Source of the DNA: Macrostomum lignano
Lineage: Eukaryota
Direction of reading: 5' to 3'
Length of the DNA: 64,000 bases
Assembly (NCBI GenBank): GCA_002269645.1
Contig: NIVC01001072.1
Location: 124,001 to 188,000, forward strand
Under the pieces are notes generated by a model. That model made no database searches. It had not been told where the DNA came from and saw only the letters and a program-made list of their open reading frames with translations. Numbering within the stretch: position 1 is the first letter of the stretch; the number at the start of each line of letters is the position of its first letter. The position numbers and the translations under genes are program-made. Positions 12,065 through 24,914 of the stretch are shown in pieces.

Positions 12065-12660
12065 CTGGTGTAGCTGTCCTTGGGGTGCTGAAATGGCTTC
12101 TTTGATGTGTTGGAGCAGCAGTCTTTGGTGCGTTGGAGTGGCTGTCTTTGGTGTCTTGGAGTGGCTGTTTTTGAGGTGCTAGAGCGGCTGTCTTTGGTGT
12201 GTTGGAGCGGCTGTCTTTGGTGTGTTGGAGCGGCTGTCTTTGGTGTGTTGTAGCGGCTGTCTTTGGTGTGTTGGAGCGGCTGTCTTTGGTGTGTTGTAGC
12301 GGCTGTCTTTGGTGTGTTGGAGCGGCTTTCTTTGATGTGTTGGAGTGGCTGTCTTTGGTGTGTTGGAGCGGCTTTCTTTGATGTGTTGGAGTGGCTGTCT
12401 TTGGTGTGTTGGAACGGCTCTCTTTGGTGTGTTGTAGCGGCTGTCTTTGGTGTGTTGGAGTGGCTGTTTTGAGGTGCTGAAGTGGCTGTCTTTGGTGTGT
12501 TGGAGTAGCTGTCTTTGGTGTGTTGGAGTGGCTGTCTTTGGTCTGTTGGAGTGGCTGTTTTTAAGGTGCTGGAGTGGCTGTCTTTGGTGTGTTGGAGTAG
12601 CGGTCTTTAGGGTGTTGGAGCGGCTGTCTTTAGGGTGTTGGAGCGGCCGTCTTTAGGTGC
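12065..12660 (+). repeat. 23-bp minisatellite
   Basis: Unit about GGCTGTCTTTGGTGTGTTGGAGC. Confidence 0.9.
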
Positions 12661-13919
12661 AATCTGTCAGAAAGAGTACTAGCTGTCATCTTTATGTAAA
12701 GGCATCTGACTGAGGTTTAGTGAACTCTTGCTAGCAAAAGCAGAGTTTGTTGCGCAGACACGTGTTTCTCAAAATTGTCTTTCTACCATTCAAGATGCTA
12801 GCTATGCAGCTGCAATTAGGAAAGCAAATAAAGATTAAACTCATTCGCAAACAACATTTAAACTGTATAAAACCACCCGAACCAACTTGGATGCTTCTTG
12901 ACTAGGTCTGCACTCACCGCTCACGTGCTGGAGACTCGACTGGGTTCATGTGACTAATCTTCATTCGTACTTGCATGCTCCTTCCCTCTCTGCATTGGAC
13001 TGTGCCTCAATTACGAGCTACAGTGGCCATTTGAGACCTAACCAGTTTAGAGGGTAGCTATACCTCTCTGCCAAGACAATAGACACTCAACGAGACACGT
13101 GGCCCAGCTTGTTTAGAACGTAGAAAGCAATTGACAGCCCCCGTCCTAACTCAAGGTTGAAAAATAGACACTTTAGATTTAGAAGCAACAGAACACGTGC
13201 CGCAACCTGCACGAGACGATCGACTCAAGCTTACCAGCAGCGTAATTGCCTATGAAAAAATTGAGTGGAAAAGAATGCGTATATAAATGCTCCAACTTCT
13301 AGTCTAGCAACAACAAGCTGTCAACTTTATCTTGTATTCTCATTTTTGCCAGTTGCTGTTAGCTACTCTGCTGCTGTTGTTCCATTTCTAGGAAAGCTAC
13401 GTAGGGAGCGGGCGCACGGAGGCGCGCCCTGCTATGGCCGTTAGTGGATCAGATCGCCTGGTAGAGGACGTCAACACCGGAATGGACGACATATTAAACT
13501 GTAATGAGCATATATGGTAATATAAACTACTCTATAGTAGTATGTGTACTTACTTGCCTTAGCTTGCCAATTTATGTACTTGTAGCTTCCTTGTAGTTCT
13601 TGTTTTTTGTGTGAATGTTCTCTGTGCCAAATCATCCTATTGTACGTTTACAGTATCGACAGTACATTTGTAAGCCAAAATGTTTACTTACTTACATGCT
13701 TGAGTTATCCTAGCATGTATCTGTACCTGTAATAATCTGGCATGCGAGCGATTACCTGCCATCCATGCCATCCATGGCGTCAATATTGGCGTCAATATTC
13801 TTCATTTGCTTGAATACTGTACATGTTGTATATAACTTGCCAAATCTCTTCCTAAATATCATTAGCATATCAATAAGTATAGAATTGTAATGTTAAAAGC
13901 ATCAAATGTACCACTCCGA

Positions 13920-14400
13920 ATTGTGCCAAAGCATTGTCCTAATTTTGCCAAAACATTGTCCTACTTGTGCCAAAACTTGTCTTAACTGTGCCAAAACATT
14001 GTCCTACTTGTGCCAAAACTTGTCCTACTTGTGTTAAAACTTGTCCTACTTGTGCCAAAACTTGTCCTACTTGTGTTAAAACTTGTCCTAACTGTGCCAA
14101 AACATTGTCCTAATTGTGCCAAAACATTGTCCTACTTGTGCCAAAACTTTGTCCTACTTGTGCCAAAACTTTGTCCTACTTGTGCCAAAACATTGTCCTA
14201 ATTGTGCCAAAACATTGTCCTACTTGTGCCAAAACTTTGTCCTACTTGTGCCAAAACATTGTCCTACTTGTGCCAAAACTTGTCCTACTTGTGTTAAAAC
14301 TTGTCCTACCTGTGCCAAAACTTGTCCTACTTGTGCCAAAACTTTGTCCTACTTGTGCCAAAACTTATCTTAACTGTGCCAAAATAAAATTCCATGCCAA
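13920..14400 (+). repeat. 21/22-bp minisatellite
   Basis: Unit TGTCCTACTTGTGCCAAAAC(T/A)T. Confidence 0.9.
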
Positions 14401-14749
14401 AGTCCATATGGTGCCAAAATTTATTATGCTTATAGAAAATCAAAAGTCATGGGCTATGCCAAGAGTGTCTTATTGACTTTATTTACTCGTTACGATCTTC
14501 ATCTACCGTATTTGGGCCATCCAAACTCACCGGATTCGTCCTCTGACATGAAGGCCTCCGTCATCGGACATTATGTCAGAAATCTATTGACAGTCTGTTT
14601 CTTCCAGTAATTATGCCATACTTTTGAGTATATAATAGATCCTTTAAGATTTTTTTAATTCGCTTATTCGCGTATTTTAACTCGCAAAAATATATCTTAT
14701 TCTTAGGCTAGGTTTTTTTAGACTATGCATATTAGCAAACTGGAATACT

Positions 14750-15140
14750 CGTAGTCATAGATGGGAAAATTCATCCCTCTTACGAAAATAATTTTAATGA
14801 GGAACGTAGCGGACGAGCTGGCAGAAGTTCTTGGGCCTGAAAACGATCGGAGAGGTCCGGGTTCGGGCGGGAGGTAGGTGAGCCTGTTCGTTGACAGGGA
14901 ATTCAAAGCTGAAGTACTCTGCATTCTCAACACTGTAGAGGCAGAATAGACAGTCTTCTTTGCGGATTTTATCTGGAGGTAACGATGCCTGCCAAAACAG
15001 CCATGTCCAGAGAGGGCCATGGTTACCGCCCTGATGTCCCTGCGGTTGAGTCCAAGCAGGGCTCTGCGCAGGGCGAGGAAGGACAGGGGAACAGCCGCGC
15101 AGGATTGCCGGCAGTTGGAGACGTTGGCCCACCTGTCCCT
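14750..15140 (-). mobile_element. 3' fragment of an RNase H-type non-LTR retrotransposon (related to 26390-29330)
   Basis: Minus strand reads [33 protein letters not shown]...[16 protein letters not shown], homologous to LRRALLRLNRRVLRAVSMALSRHGCFSRHRFLQ...CPFCRSGSENAEHF near 28870-29040. Confidence 0.8.
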
Positions 15141-15149
15141 GTGCGACGC

Positions 15150-15300
15150 AGAGAACTATACGCCATATTTCCTAGGGAGCCATTGCCAATTGCGCTTCGC
15201 TTCTACGCGACGAACGGCTACCAACGTCGTTCGTGATGCTTCACGAGATCCGGATATTTGTTCCACAGTTGCTTCTGAAGCAATGAACTGCTCAGTACTA
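15150..15300 (+). mobile_element. Possible PIF/Harbinger transposase remnant
   Basis: PIALRFYATNGYQ resembles the Harbinger transposase motif ALRFYATGSFQ; very short match. Confidence 0.35.
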
Positions 15301-16830
15301 CATGTATGACTGAGTAAACAGAAAGAGCCTGAGGTTCTCCTAGTTTAGAAGCTTTTCATCGTCAATGCTGACAACGGAGCGTTTCAGTGGCTTCTTGACT
15401 GGCGTTGAAGTTGCGGATGTGCAGTCCCGCTGCCGATGCCAGAAAGCAGGATGGACGCTGTATGTGCCTGGCGACCTGTCTTGTCATGTGTGATATGCTG
15501 CATGCCGAGGATGAGTAAAAAGCTTCCTAGCTGCTGTCCGCCAGATCACCGAACTTTCTCATCGGGACGTTTCTTACTCGCAGCTCCATCCAAGCCTTCG
15601 AATTCTCGCTTGTGGTGTCATGATTTTGGTCTTGGATAACAATGACGTCTCTCGTCCATCTAGTCCGAAGTAGTAGATTAGATGCAACATCATCTCCTGG
15701 TTGCAGTACCATTTGTCCGATTAAAGTAAACCCATGATTTTGGCCAGATGGTAATTTCTCGCAATAGCAGCAAACTCATCTCGCGCTTTTGGCTGATTAC
15801 GAGCTAACAAGCTTAAATTTCTGCTCCATCGATAGTTAAGGTTGAAGAACTGATTCCAGTCAAGCCCGAATATCGATCAGTGTTGGGGATGTGCATAGAG
15901 CAGACCATCCTGAGTTGTCAGTGTTGAGTAGAAGAGGCGCGAGCAGTGGTTTAAAATAGTTGGTGGGTACTCAAATATTAGCTCTCGAGTCAATTTCTCC
16001 AGTCTCTTCGAGCACACTCGCCTGGCAGCTCCTCGGTTAGTAATCCGGACGCCATTTGATATGGCAGATTCGCCACGCTGACAATTCTCTAGAAGTATAT
16101 TTTTATATATGAAGGAAGAAGAGAGGGAAGAGGAGACAGAGGAGGAGAGGGGAGAGGGGGGAAAAGAGAAGAGAGAAGAGAGAGAATAGATGGAGAGCTG
16201 AGAAGCGACACAAATCTTGAGCGGGTCGGATTGCTATTGTGAAGTTTCAATTCAGACCTAAAAGCCGGATCAAGGATTTATTATAACTAGCTTATAATTA
16301 TAAAGAAATCCTTGGTCGGAGAGAGGCTTCACGGGCTAAAAATCTGCAAATAGCTTTTTAAACAGACCTTGAACTTCTTTCACTCCTCGCATCACTACAT
16401 TAAACTTTATCTTGTCCCCATCTTTTATGGTCAGTGAATCAGAAACAGACACCGATTCTACGACGAGCGTACTCTACAATAGACACTCTGCTCTGAAGTT
16501 TCTGAGCTACCAGGGCTTTTGCTTCATTGCTATTCGAAAGTACCGAGGGATTAGATAGCTTAAAAATAAAAAACATGTCTGCCAGACGCTGCAGACCGAC
16601 CTGTCATGCAGACATAACCGTTTGACAATTTACGCGTACACCAAGGCTGTTATTTTCACACCAGATCTTCAATGATTTTATCTCTGGATTTTTGACATAT
16701 TTTATCTTTGACGGGAGGTTTGCTGGTTGATAAAAGACCGCCCCTACAGAAGTTCCCTAGTTTAGTCCTTGTGCCTTAAGCAAACATACGCTTGTGTTAT
16801 TGTTATAGTCTTTGAACCATATCGGTTAAA

Positions 16831-19800
16831 ATGTTGGAGTTCAATGCGAAACAATTGCTTGTTCTGGCCGCTGCCTTGGCTGTTGCCACCGGCAAGGCTG
16901 CTGCTATTCGCGAGAGTACCCTCGATTGTACTTCGGCTTTCGGCTGTCCGGAAAGTCGCGAGAATGTATTTAAAAAATCAGTCAGAACTATCAAAAAACA
17001 CGATAACAGCACTAGTTGGTAATGTAATCTCCCCTTGCATTGATTACAGCTTGGCAATGGTCAACGAATCGCTGAACCTCTCTTTTTAAACAATCTTCGT
17101 CAAGGCTTCTTGCCCACTGCAACGCAGCTTCTCGAACTTCATTGTGGTCGCTGAATACTCGCCTGGAGAAATCATTCTTCATCCAACTGAACAAAAAACG
17201 GTCGCACAGATTGAAGTCTGGGCTGTAGGGACTCTGAAACACCAGCTGAACTCCACGGGACTCCATGTACTGCTGCACAGAACGGGCTAGGTGAGGTCGC
17301 GCATTGTCCCACTGCCAAAGAACATCCGACAGGTGAATTGGCTTTGACCTCAGAGTACGCCATAGGTCTCCCGTGTGCCGAATGAACTCAACTATGCCAT
17401 CTGCATCAACAGTTTGCTTCGGGGCTGTGGATTCAATGGAGAAGCGCTTGCTTGGAGTGAAAGCAACCAGAAGCATTGTCTTTGCATTCCCGACCGAGTG
17501 CCTGACAACCTGGGGCCGATGATCTCCTTGGCCAAGCCAGCACCTGTTGTTTGCTTTGTGCCAGTGTTGTTCAGGTACACCCACGTCTCATCTTCCACCA
17601 CGTACTTGTCGCAAAAGTTTTCCACCCCCTCGTTGTAAAAAAGCCTGCGGATTTGCTTGGCACAATTGATGCGAGCAGTCTTGTTCTCCTCGGATAGAGC
17701 ATGAGGAACCCAGACGGCAGAAACGTTTCGAAGGTGCAAATCCTCGGTCAAAATTTCGTGCACTGTTGTTTTACCAACTTCCAAAAAGTCGGCGAGGTCT
17801 CGGACACTAACTTTTGAATCCTCTTCAACGAGAGCTCGGCAGGTTTCGATCAGTTCCGTTGTCCTTGTTGACCGTGGCCGGCCAGTCCGAGGAGCTGAGG
17901 CCAGGGGAAATGCTTCATCACGGAACTTTGAGTACCATCTGTAAACTGTTGACTGACCTGGTGCGGCATCTCCATAAACTTTAAGTAGTTCGTCATAACA
18001 ACTAATAGCAGAGATTCCAAGACGGTATCTAGCGTAGGCATAAGCCTGGAAATCTTCCATTTTGACGAACTCGCTATTAAATTTTTCAAGCTTGATCACC
18101 GCGTTGCATTGGTTATTGAGCACTTTATGCTGAGCTCGCCCCTGCCCCCAATTTTGCTGCTAGAATAACAAAAATTTTCACCATAGACATATATAAGTCT
18201 ATTATTGAAATTTTATGTGTGCCATGTCATCAGCTTGCTGCTTTCTTGCTTGACTGACACATTCTCACGACTTTCCGGACAGGCGAAGTAAGTGAATTTC
18301 CGCTACTAGAATACTTTTTATTACAGGCAGGGGCTGTGTACATCCTTTTGCACTTTAAGCGACATTGTCACGCAACCGGCGTGAGGCATTACTGCCCATT
18401 CCGCCGACTCCCCTGAGCAGGCACACAGACGCGCGGATACGTGCGCAGTCGTACGCACAGGCACACCCTCACACAGGATTGTACAGCGGCCTGTAATCGA
18501 GCCACAAGGCTACGTCCCCTTGCCCCTAAAAGCTACCGTTGTTTCAGGACAGATTTCAATGACAAAAAAGCAATCGTCGAATTCACAGCCTAAAAACTGA
18601 AGTCCTTCAAATGACAGGTGATGCTGACTTACAAAAGAAGGTTTAGTACAGGGGTAGCACGACTAGTAAGAGACTCGCGATTATTTAGGGTGCGCTATAA
18701 GGTTTCGGTTGTCTGGGAGAACCCATAATTTTATCTGCTTTATGGAGGGGATGTTTGTCCTTTGATAGGATTAACTGAATCAGTCTGTCAACTTCGAGTA
18801 GTTTGGTTTTTTCTGAGATCATCTATTCAGGTTGGATCGCAAATAATAAAGTGCAAGTGCGCGACCGATGTACCCCTGCATGTATATAGAACTGAATACC
18901 TACAAGAAAAATATGAATTTGATATGCACTTACTATCAAAACGTTTTGATCGGGTAAATCTCTTTATATGCATTGGGGAGGCAATGCAGACAAAATTCCC
19001 CGGCCTCGAAGCCTGGTGCATCTTGCTTGCCTTGGTCCATCTGCTGGCTCCTCTGGTTGTCTCCCTGCTTATTGTGTCTTGGCTTTCATCACTGACAGTG
19101 GATTGGAGTTCTGGGGAATGATCGAGTTCGTCCCGAATCGGGGAATACCGGCTGAGTCCGGGTTCCTCTTGCTCCTTGTGCCCCTCTCCGACCCCTTGGC
19201 CTGGCCCCATTCCGCAGACTAGGATATTTCCTCTCTCAGACCGCTTATACATACTCCAATATTGTTTAGAGCATGGGTAGTAAAAAAGCCTTGACCCTCG
19301 CAGCCCTATAGGAGGGTTTGGTGCCACCTCTTGATAGGAGACTCGCCCTTGGTAAATAAGCTGCCTAGACTCCCTCCAAAATTAAGCCTTTTCCGTAGAC
19401 TTCGGGGTCTCCCCGCTCTCGGACCGCCTTCAGTAGCATTTCAAAGTTTTTCAAATCCTTTTTCGCGCACTCTGGGGATTTGTCTGCTGGTGGGGGTGGC
19501 TTGGGTGGACTTGGTCTTAGCACCGTCCCTGATTCCACTTTGGGTTGGCTGGTTGGTGGCTTGATCAGCGAAACTAGAGAAATTCCATAGTCCCCTGCTG
19601 CCATCTGTTGAAGGTCCAGAAGCTCCGCCTGGGTAAAGGCCAGTGACTCACGAAGTCAGAGCTGATGCAGGCACATGTGGTCGACGTGCTGATCAAATTT
19701 GGAGGCTTTGCAAGACTGCACTGAGGCGCAGTGCTGACTGGCGCACAGGGGTGTACTGAATACACTGGCGCTTATGAGAAAAAAATCCGACCTTCTGGCA

Positions 19801-20322
19801 GAATTTTGAATATCTGGCGAGTTGATTCTTGTTTGAGAAGGTGCGCAACAAAAAGTTAGCTTGTATTCTTGAATGTCGTGAGCCTTGCGTTGCTTAGTTC
19901 CAGCACAGCAAAATTCTTTCCGGTAGTTTTACTACCGGAGTGGCCCGGTAGTGCCATTTAGTGCATCATTTAGTGCATTAGTACTTTGGGGTCAACTCAT
20001 AATTGTTAAAAAGTCTTAACGTATATCGCATTTCGTTTTCTGTGCATCGATTTCCACAGTCGATACCGCAGCCGCCACGAGCAGAAATGCTTTGCAAGAA
20101 TTTTCCTACTCGATTGCCGACCGGATCCAGGTTCCAGCGCCACCTAGCGTGATCTGCAACACCTGCCTATTCAAGTCCTGGCATGTGCGGAACAAATCAG
20201 TCAGACAAAAAACCATTCCGAAGTCGCTGGTGCCATCGATAATCAACGACTATCCGGAGCATTTGCGTCTTACTCTCCAAGTTCTTCAGTATTCTGAAGA
20301 CTTCATCTACTCTGATATGTAA
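16831..20322 (+). CDS. Small putative secreted protein (2 exons, 115-119 aa); donor site disrupted by mariner
   Basis: Exon 1 16831-16927 MLEFNAKQLLVLAAALAVATGKAAAIRESTLD is signal-peptide-like. Removing the mariner restores a GTAAGT donor. A phase-1-compatible exon 2 starts at 20060 or 20072 and ends at the stop at 20322. No recognisable domain. Confidence 0.5.
16931..18288 (-). mobile_element. Mariner (DD34D) DNA transposon, near full length, one frameshift
   Basis: TA duplications at 16929-16930 and 18289-18290. TIR about CTTCG(C/G)CTGTCCGGAAAGTCG(T/C)GAGAATGT. Transposase has WVPHAL, DETWV, DNARPH and YSPDFNLCD, with 34 residues between the last two catalytic Asp. Frameshift near 17552 between ORFs 17392-18123 and 17012-17584. 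Confidence 0.95.
18324..18493. mobile_element. Small TA-flanked MITE candidate
   Basis: TA|CAGGCAGGGGCTGTGTACATCC ... GGATTGTACAGCGGCCTG|TA imperfect inverted ends. Confidence 0.4.
19276..19937 (-). mobile_element. Diverged relative of the MITE at 36533-37523
   Basis: 19560-19937 is the reverse-complement homologue of about 36540-36960 (shared TTGTTTGAGAAGGTGCGCAACAA, CTGCACTGAGGCGCAGTGCT). Left end is uncertain. Confidence 0.7.
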
Positions 20323-20563
20323 TCACTAGCCTTATTGATTTTCCTTTTTTACTTTATACCCGTCTTCAAAAAACTAGTTAACGAAGAACCCTGGATCCGT
20401 AGCAAGTCAAGAAGGCCATTAACATGAGCAGACATGCTCACAGATTCTACGAGTACATAACCTAGATGGGTCACTTCAGTATTCACTACTGCAGTATTCA
20501 GCTGCCGTCTCCGCGGGGCCGAAAACCCCGTGATTAGGGCTACAGACACTAGATGCTGCTGCA

Positions 20564-20947
20564 AAGGACGGCCGAGTCACTACCGGCAATGAGAACTACT
20601 TTGAAAGTTCCGAGCCTAATAATCAATACCATCAAGATTGTGCGATCACAGCGAAATCGAACAAGCTTCTGAGCGACAAGAATTGTGCCGATAAATATAG
20701 TTTCTACTGCTACACTGACATCGCTGCTAACATTCAGCCAAATCCGAAACGAACTCAAGGAAAGTTTGAACCCACAAATATCACCGAGTACCGGCAGCCC
20801 GACCGGGGCTGTTGGATCAAAGTGCCGGCCATCAAGACCCTGGAAGACTGCGCCCTGACCTGCTATGAGTTCGAGTTCGGTGACTGCGTCGGCTTCTACT
20901 GGCACCCGACAAGGAGGCAGTGCGTCCTGCTGCCCTACTTTGACGCC
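20564..20947 (+). pseudogene. Truncated C-type lectin + PAN paralogue
   Basis: Open reading KDGRVTTGNENYFESSEPNNQYHQDC...GCWIKVPAIKTLEDCALTCYEFEFGDCVGFYWHPTRRQCVLLPYFDA is homologous to 24915-25688. No in-frame start; the 3' end is replaced from TGTCACG at 20948. Confidence 0.85.
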
Positions 20948-21740
20948 TGTCACGTTATTGGCGTAGCGGCTAACTATGGCTATGACCCTTAAAAGGGCCG
21001 TTTTGACGAGAGTTGTAGTGAGTCGTAGTCCCAAAATAAGTTGAAGTCAACTCTTGTAAAGCGGATTTTGTAGCGGAGCACTTGGCGATAAAGGCAGGAA
21101 CTGCCGTAGTTGTCTTTATTGGTAGTATCAATATTAGGCTTGGTTATTACTGTCAATACACAAACTATAGCTTTCTGGGCACTGGCGGCTGCAACAATGG
21201 TTTTTGAAGATAAATTGGATATGAAGTCAAGTGACGGACGAATGATGCAATGGCGACGTAACGTGATGAGCAATGGCAATGAGCACAGTGGAGGCGGTGA
21301 GTAGCAGTGGCGAGGTTGGCGTCAGCCGTGGCGGACAGTGGCAGGCAGTGTAAACAGGCTGGCCCAGACAGAGGAGCCGTGGCGAGAGATAAGGAGGCAG
21401 ACAGAAGGCAGGAGAAGGAAAACAAGAGCCGCGAAGAGAGGAGGCCCCCAGCCCGCCGCCAGGCGGGGGTTAATAAAGAGCGCAAAAGGGGGTAGCGTAA
21501 AACACGGAGAGTTTTCATTGGCTGGCGAGAGAACTTGAAATTATCGATCGTGCCAAAATTCACAGATGAGCGCAAGGCCTACCAAATACACAGTGAATTA
21601 GCAGTTGATACAGATTATTTGCACGCTACTATAAGTAAACGTTAAAATAAACTATTGGAGAAATTAAAATGAGAAATTGCGAGGGAAACTATAGTCCAAC
21701 GGCCCTTTTGCGGGACCATTTAAACTAGCAACGTCACAGA
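20948..21740. mobile_element. LTR-like insertion truncating the lectin pseudogene
   Basis: Begins TGTCACG exactly where lectin homology stops; AATAAA near 21472; possible end ...CAACGTCACA near 21738. No TSD found. Confidence 0.35.
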
Positions 21741-22599
21741 AATCAAAAGAAAAGAATCTTAACGGTAACTCGTTATTAAAGCGTTGATCCGTTGATTATC
21801 AATGACTTCAAAATTACAATATTTTCTTTTTCTCTTTGTGGAAATCTTTTGATAAGGACTTAACGATAGACACTTTCCTTCTAAAATATGGAATGTTGAT
21901 TATTATCCATAAAAAACTAGAAATTTTTTGAATCACTCGAACAACCATAAAACTTGACGGTGTGTTACGTGTGGCATATTATTAATTATTCTGTCTAAAT
22001 TTAAATTCGTTTTAAGCAATAATATCCTAGTTCGTCTATACTTGACCGTAGATTATGTGTTATTATTCAATAAAAGTTTTGGTTATTTATAACTTTACAG
22101 CCATCTTTTTTATCTTTATCCTTCCTTACAAACTTTCACAAACGCGATTATAATTTTTTTAATTTCTATCTCGAACTATTCAGTCCAAATAAACATTACC
22201 ACTGATCTTAATGTTTTATTGACAACTGTCTACATCTATAAACTATTTTATCTGAGTCTGGATTTGTATTTTATTTAACCAACAAATTATTTATGAAATT
22301 TAAGTTGTAGATTTAAGCTACTTTGTCAGTAGTATACAAAGCGCATATAGTCCTTCGACAAATCAAAAGGACTCAACAGACAATTTAAAATATTTTTTAG
22401 TTTCATTTGTAGCTCGTATCTCATATTTTCAACAGTTAAGGTTGTGATCAAAGGAGACCAACTACTTGAAGATCATATACCATAGTCGAAATGGCTGCTC
22501 TATAAAAGTACATCTAGCTACTATAAAAACAAGAGGTAAAATCAGCGCTTTTCCTCCGAGACACGCGAAGATGCAGCGGTGAGAAGGGGAAGTTAAGTT

Positions 22600-23025
22600 T
22601 TAAAGATTGTGAAGGCTTTTAACAGATTGTGAAGGCTTTTAACAGATTGTGAAGGCTTTTAACAGATTGTGAAGGCTTTTGACAGATTGTGAAGGCTTTT
22701 GACAGATTTTGAAGGCTTTTAACAGATTGTGAAGGCTTTTGACAGATTGTGAAGGCTTTTGACAGATTGTGAAGGCTTTTGACAGATTGTGAAGGATTTT
22801 GACAGATTGTGAAGGATTTTGACAGATTGTGAAGGCTTTTGACAGATTGTGAAGGCTTTTGACAGATTGTGAAGGCTTTTGACAGATTGTGAAGGCTTTT
22901 GACAGATTATGAAGGCTTTTGACAGATTGTGAAGGCTTTTGACAGATTGTGAAGGCTTTTGACAGATTGTGAAGGCTCTTGACAGATAGTGAAGGGTTTT
23001 AACAGATTGTGAAGGGTTTTGATTT
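22600..23025 (+). repeat. 20-bp minisatellite
   Basis: Unit GACAGATTGTGAAGGCTTTT, about 21 copies; a related short patch lies at 36360-36430. Confidence 0.95.
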
Positions 23026-23165
23026 CTTCCGAGTAAAATGTCGTATATTTAATGTTGCATACAACATAGACGATTGCCCAAGATAACACTGAATAATTCC
23101 GAAAATATACTCCCATGCAAGGAAAATCGAATTGCTTGGAAATCAGTTGTAGCGATGCTTTATAC

Positions 23166-24065
23166 CAGAAGTTGACAAGCTGTTTTACTTCAAGAGCCGG
23201 GCAAGAATCTAGATCATTGCTGCGGGCCAGATGAGAGTGGAAAGGAGAAGGGATGGGGATAGAGATGATTAAAGAGGAGATGGGAGATGAAAGAAGAGAG
23301 GAGAGAAGAGAGATAAGAAGCGAGATTAGAGAAAAGAAAGGTGAGAAGAGGACAGGAGAGGTGAGGTGAGGAGAGGAGATAAGAGTGAAGAGGAGAGAGA
23401 AGAGGAGAGTAGGGGAGAGGAGAGTAGAGGAGAGGAGAGGAGAGGAGAGGAGAGGAGAGGAGAGGAGAGGAGAGGAGAGGAGAGGAGAGGATATGAGAGG
23501 AGAGGAGAGGAGAGGAGAGAAGAGGAGATTAGGGAGGAGAGGAGAGGAGATGAGAGAGGAGAGGAGAGGAGATGAGAGAGGAAAGGAGAGGAGAGGAAAG
23601 GAGAGGAGAGGAGAGGAGAGGAGAGGAGAGGAGAGGAGAGGAGAGGAGAGGAGATGAGAGGAGATGAGAGGAGAGGAGAGGAGAGGAAAGGAGAGGAGAG
23701 GAGAGGAGAGGAGATGAGAGGAGAGGAGAGGAGAGGAGAGGAGAGGAGAGGAGATTAGGGAGGAGAGGAGAGGAGATGAGAGAGGAGAGGAGAGGAGATG
23801 AGAGAGGAAAGGAGAGGAGAGGAAAGGAGAGGAGAGGAGAGGAGAGGAGAGGACAGGAGAGGAGAGGAGAGGAGAGGAGAGGAGAGGAGAGAAGAGGAGA
23901 GGAGAGGAGAGAGTAGAGAAAAGAGAGAGAAGAAAAGAGAGCAGAGTACTTAGATAAGACTCCAACCCTGGACGGGCTGTTATGAAGTTTCAAAGGACCA
24001 AAGGGCCGGATTGAGATTCTTCGCGGGCCGCATGTGTTCCCGCGGGCTGGAGCTCGCCAACCCTG
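23166..24065 (-). mobile_element. hAT/Charlie-like MITE family B carrying an (AGAGG)n tract
   Basis: Ends CAGAAGTTGACAAGC ... GCTCGCCAACCCTG with a GCGGGCCG subterminal motif; flanks CTTTATAC/CTTTATCC (7 of 8 identical); internal purine pentamer tract about 23230-23940. Confidence 0.7.
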
Positions 24066-24284
24066 CTTTATCCAATGAAAAATTATTGCATACTGGCCGA
24101 GCATTTATGCATGTAATTTTTACGAGATTTCACAGTCGATGTGTCTATCGATCAAATGGTCATATCAGTAAATTCAAGGGCGTAGCCCTTGATTTTTCAC
24201 TGGGGAGCGTCAGTGGCTCCAGTACCAGATTCGCCATATTAGGGGTGGCATAGGACACAGAGAGACATTTGGTATAATATCTAT

Positions 24285-24545
24285 TAATTTAGTAGTTTGG
24301 TAGTTGAGTAAGTTTGGCTGTGTTTGGCAGTTTGGTAGTTTGGTAGTTTGGTTGTGTTTGGCAGTTTGGTAGTTTGGTAGTGACGTCGTTTGGTAGTTTG
24401 TTACTGTTTGGTAGTTTCTTAGTTTCATAGTTTGGTAGCGTCTGGTAGTTTGGAAAGTTTGGTAGTTTCGTACTTTGGTTGTGTTTGGCAGTTAGTTAGT
24501 TAGTTTGGTAGTTCGTTACGCTTGTATGTTGGTAGTCTGGTAGTT
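24285..24545 (+). repeat. Degenerate (GTAGTTTG)n repeat
   Basis: Recurring TTTGGTAG cores. Confidence 0.8.
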
Positions 24546-24914
24546 TCATTGATTCGCAGTGGTATATATTAGACATCGGCAGGAGGGGCCGTTTTAAAGA
24601 ATAGAATTAGCAAGCCATTTATTGACTGGGATCTGCTCAAGATGAGTGAGCAAGATAAATGAGTAAGTTAATCGATGAGTGAGTGAACCATGAGCACGCA
24701 GTCCAACAATGGCTTCTTCCATACGGAAGTTGGCAGTCAGAATCGATCGTAACGCCTCAGCAATAAAATGCCTGCCAGCTCTATGACAGAGGTGTCAATC
24801 ATCTGTTTTGACAGACTCGTGACAGGAGACTCGTGACAGGAAACAATACACCTGCAGCGACTATAAAACCTCTTGATCAAAATTATTCGCTGGGTTGAGT
24901 TTAGTCACCCAGTG

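Noticed and set aside
13300-13450. Neuropeptide-like reading (…LYLVFSFLPVAVSYSAAVVPFLGKLRR…) after a TATA-like motif
   Set aside because: No in-frame ATG or convincing splice partner was found; too short to support.
15340-16080. GC-richer block with short ORFs
   Set aside because: Could not be assigned; probably decayed TE sequence. Needs a translated repeat-database search.
18827-19604. ORFs 18827-19327 and 19365-19604 as genes
   Set aside because: No recognisable motifs, and they overlap repeat-derived sequence in an intron.
20349-20564. EVTHLGYVL as a Gypsy RT remnant
   Set aside because: A single short motif with no flanking RT motifs.
22907-24104. LLSSP/RGEER-repeat ORFs (also 38184-38681, 59321-60349)
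   Set aside because: These are translations of AG/CT microsatellites.
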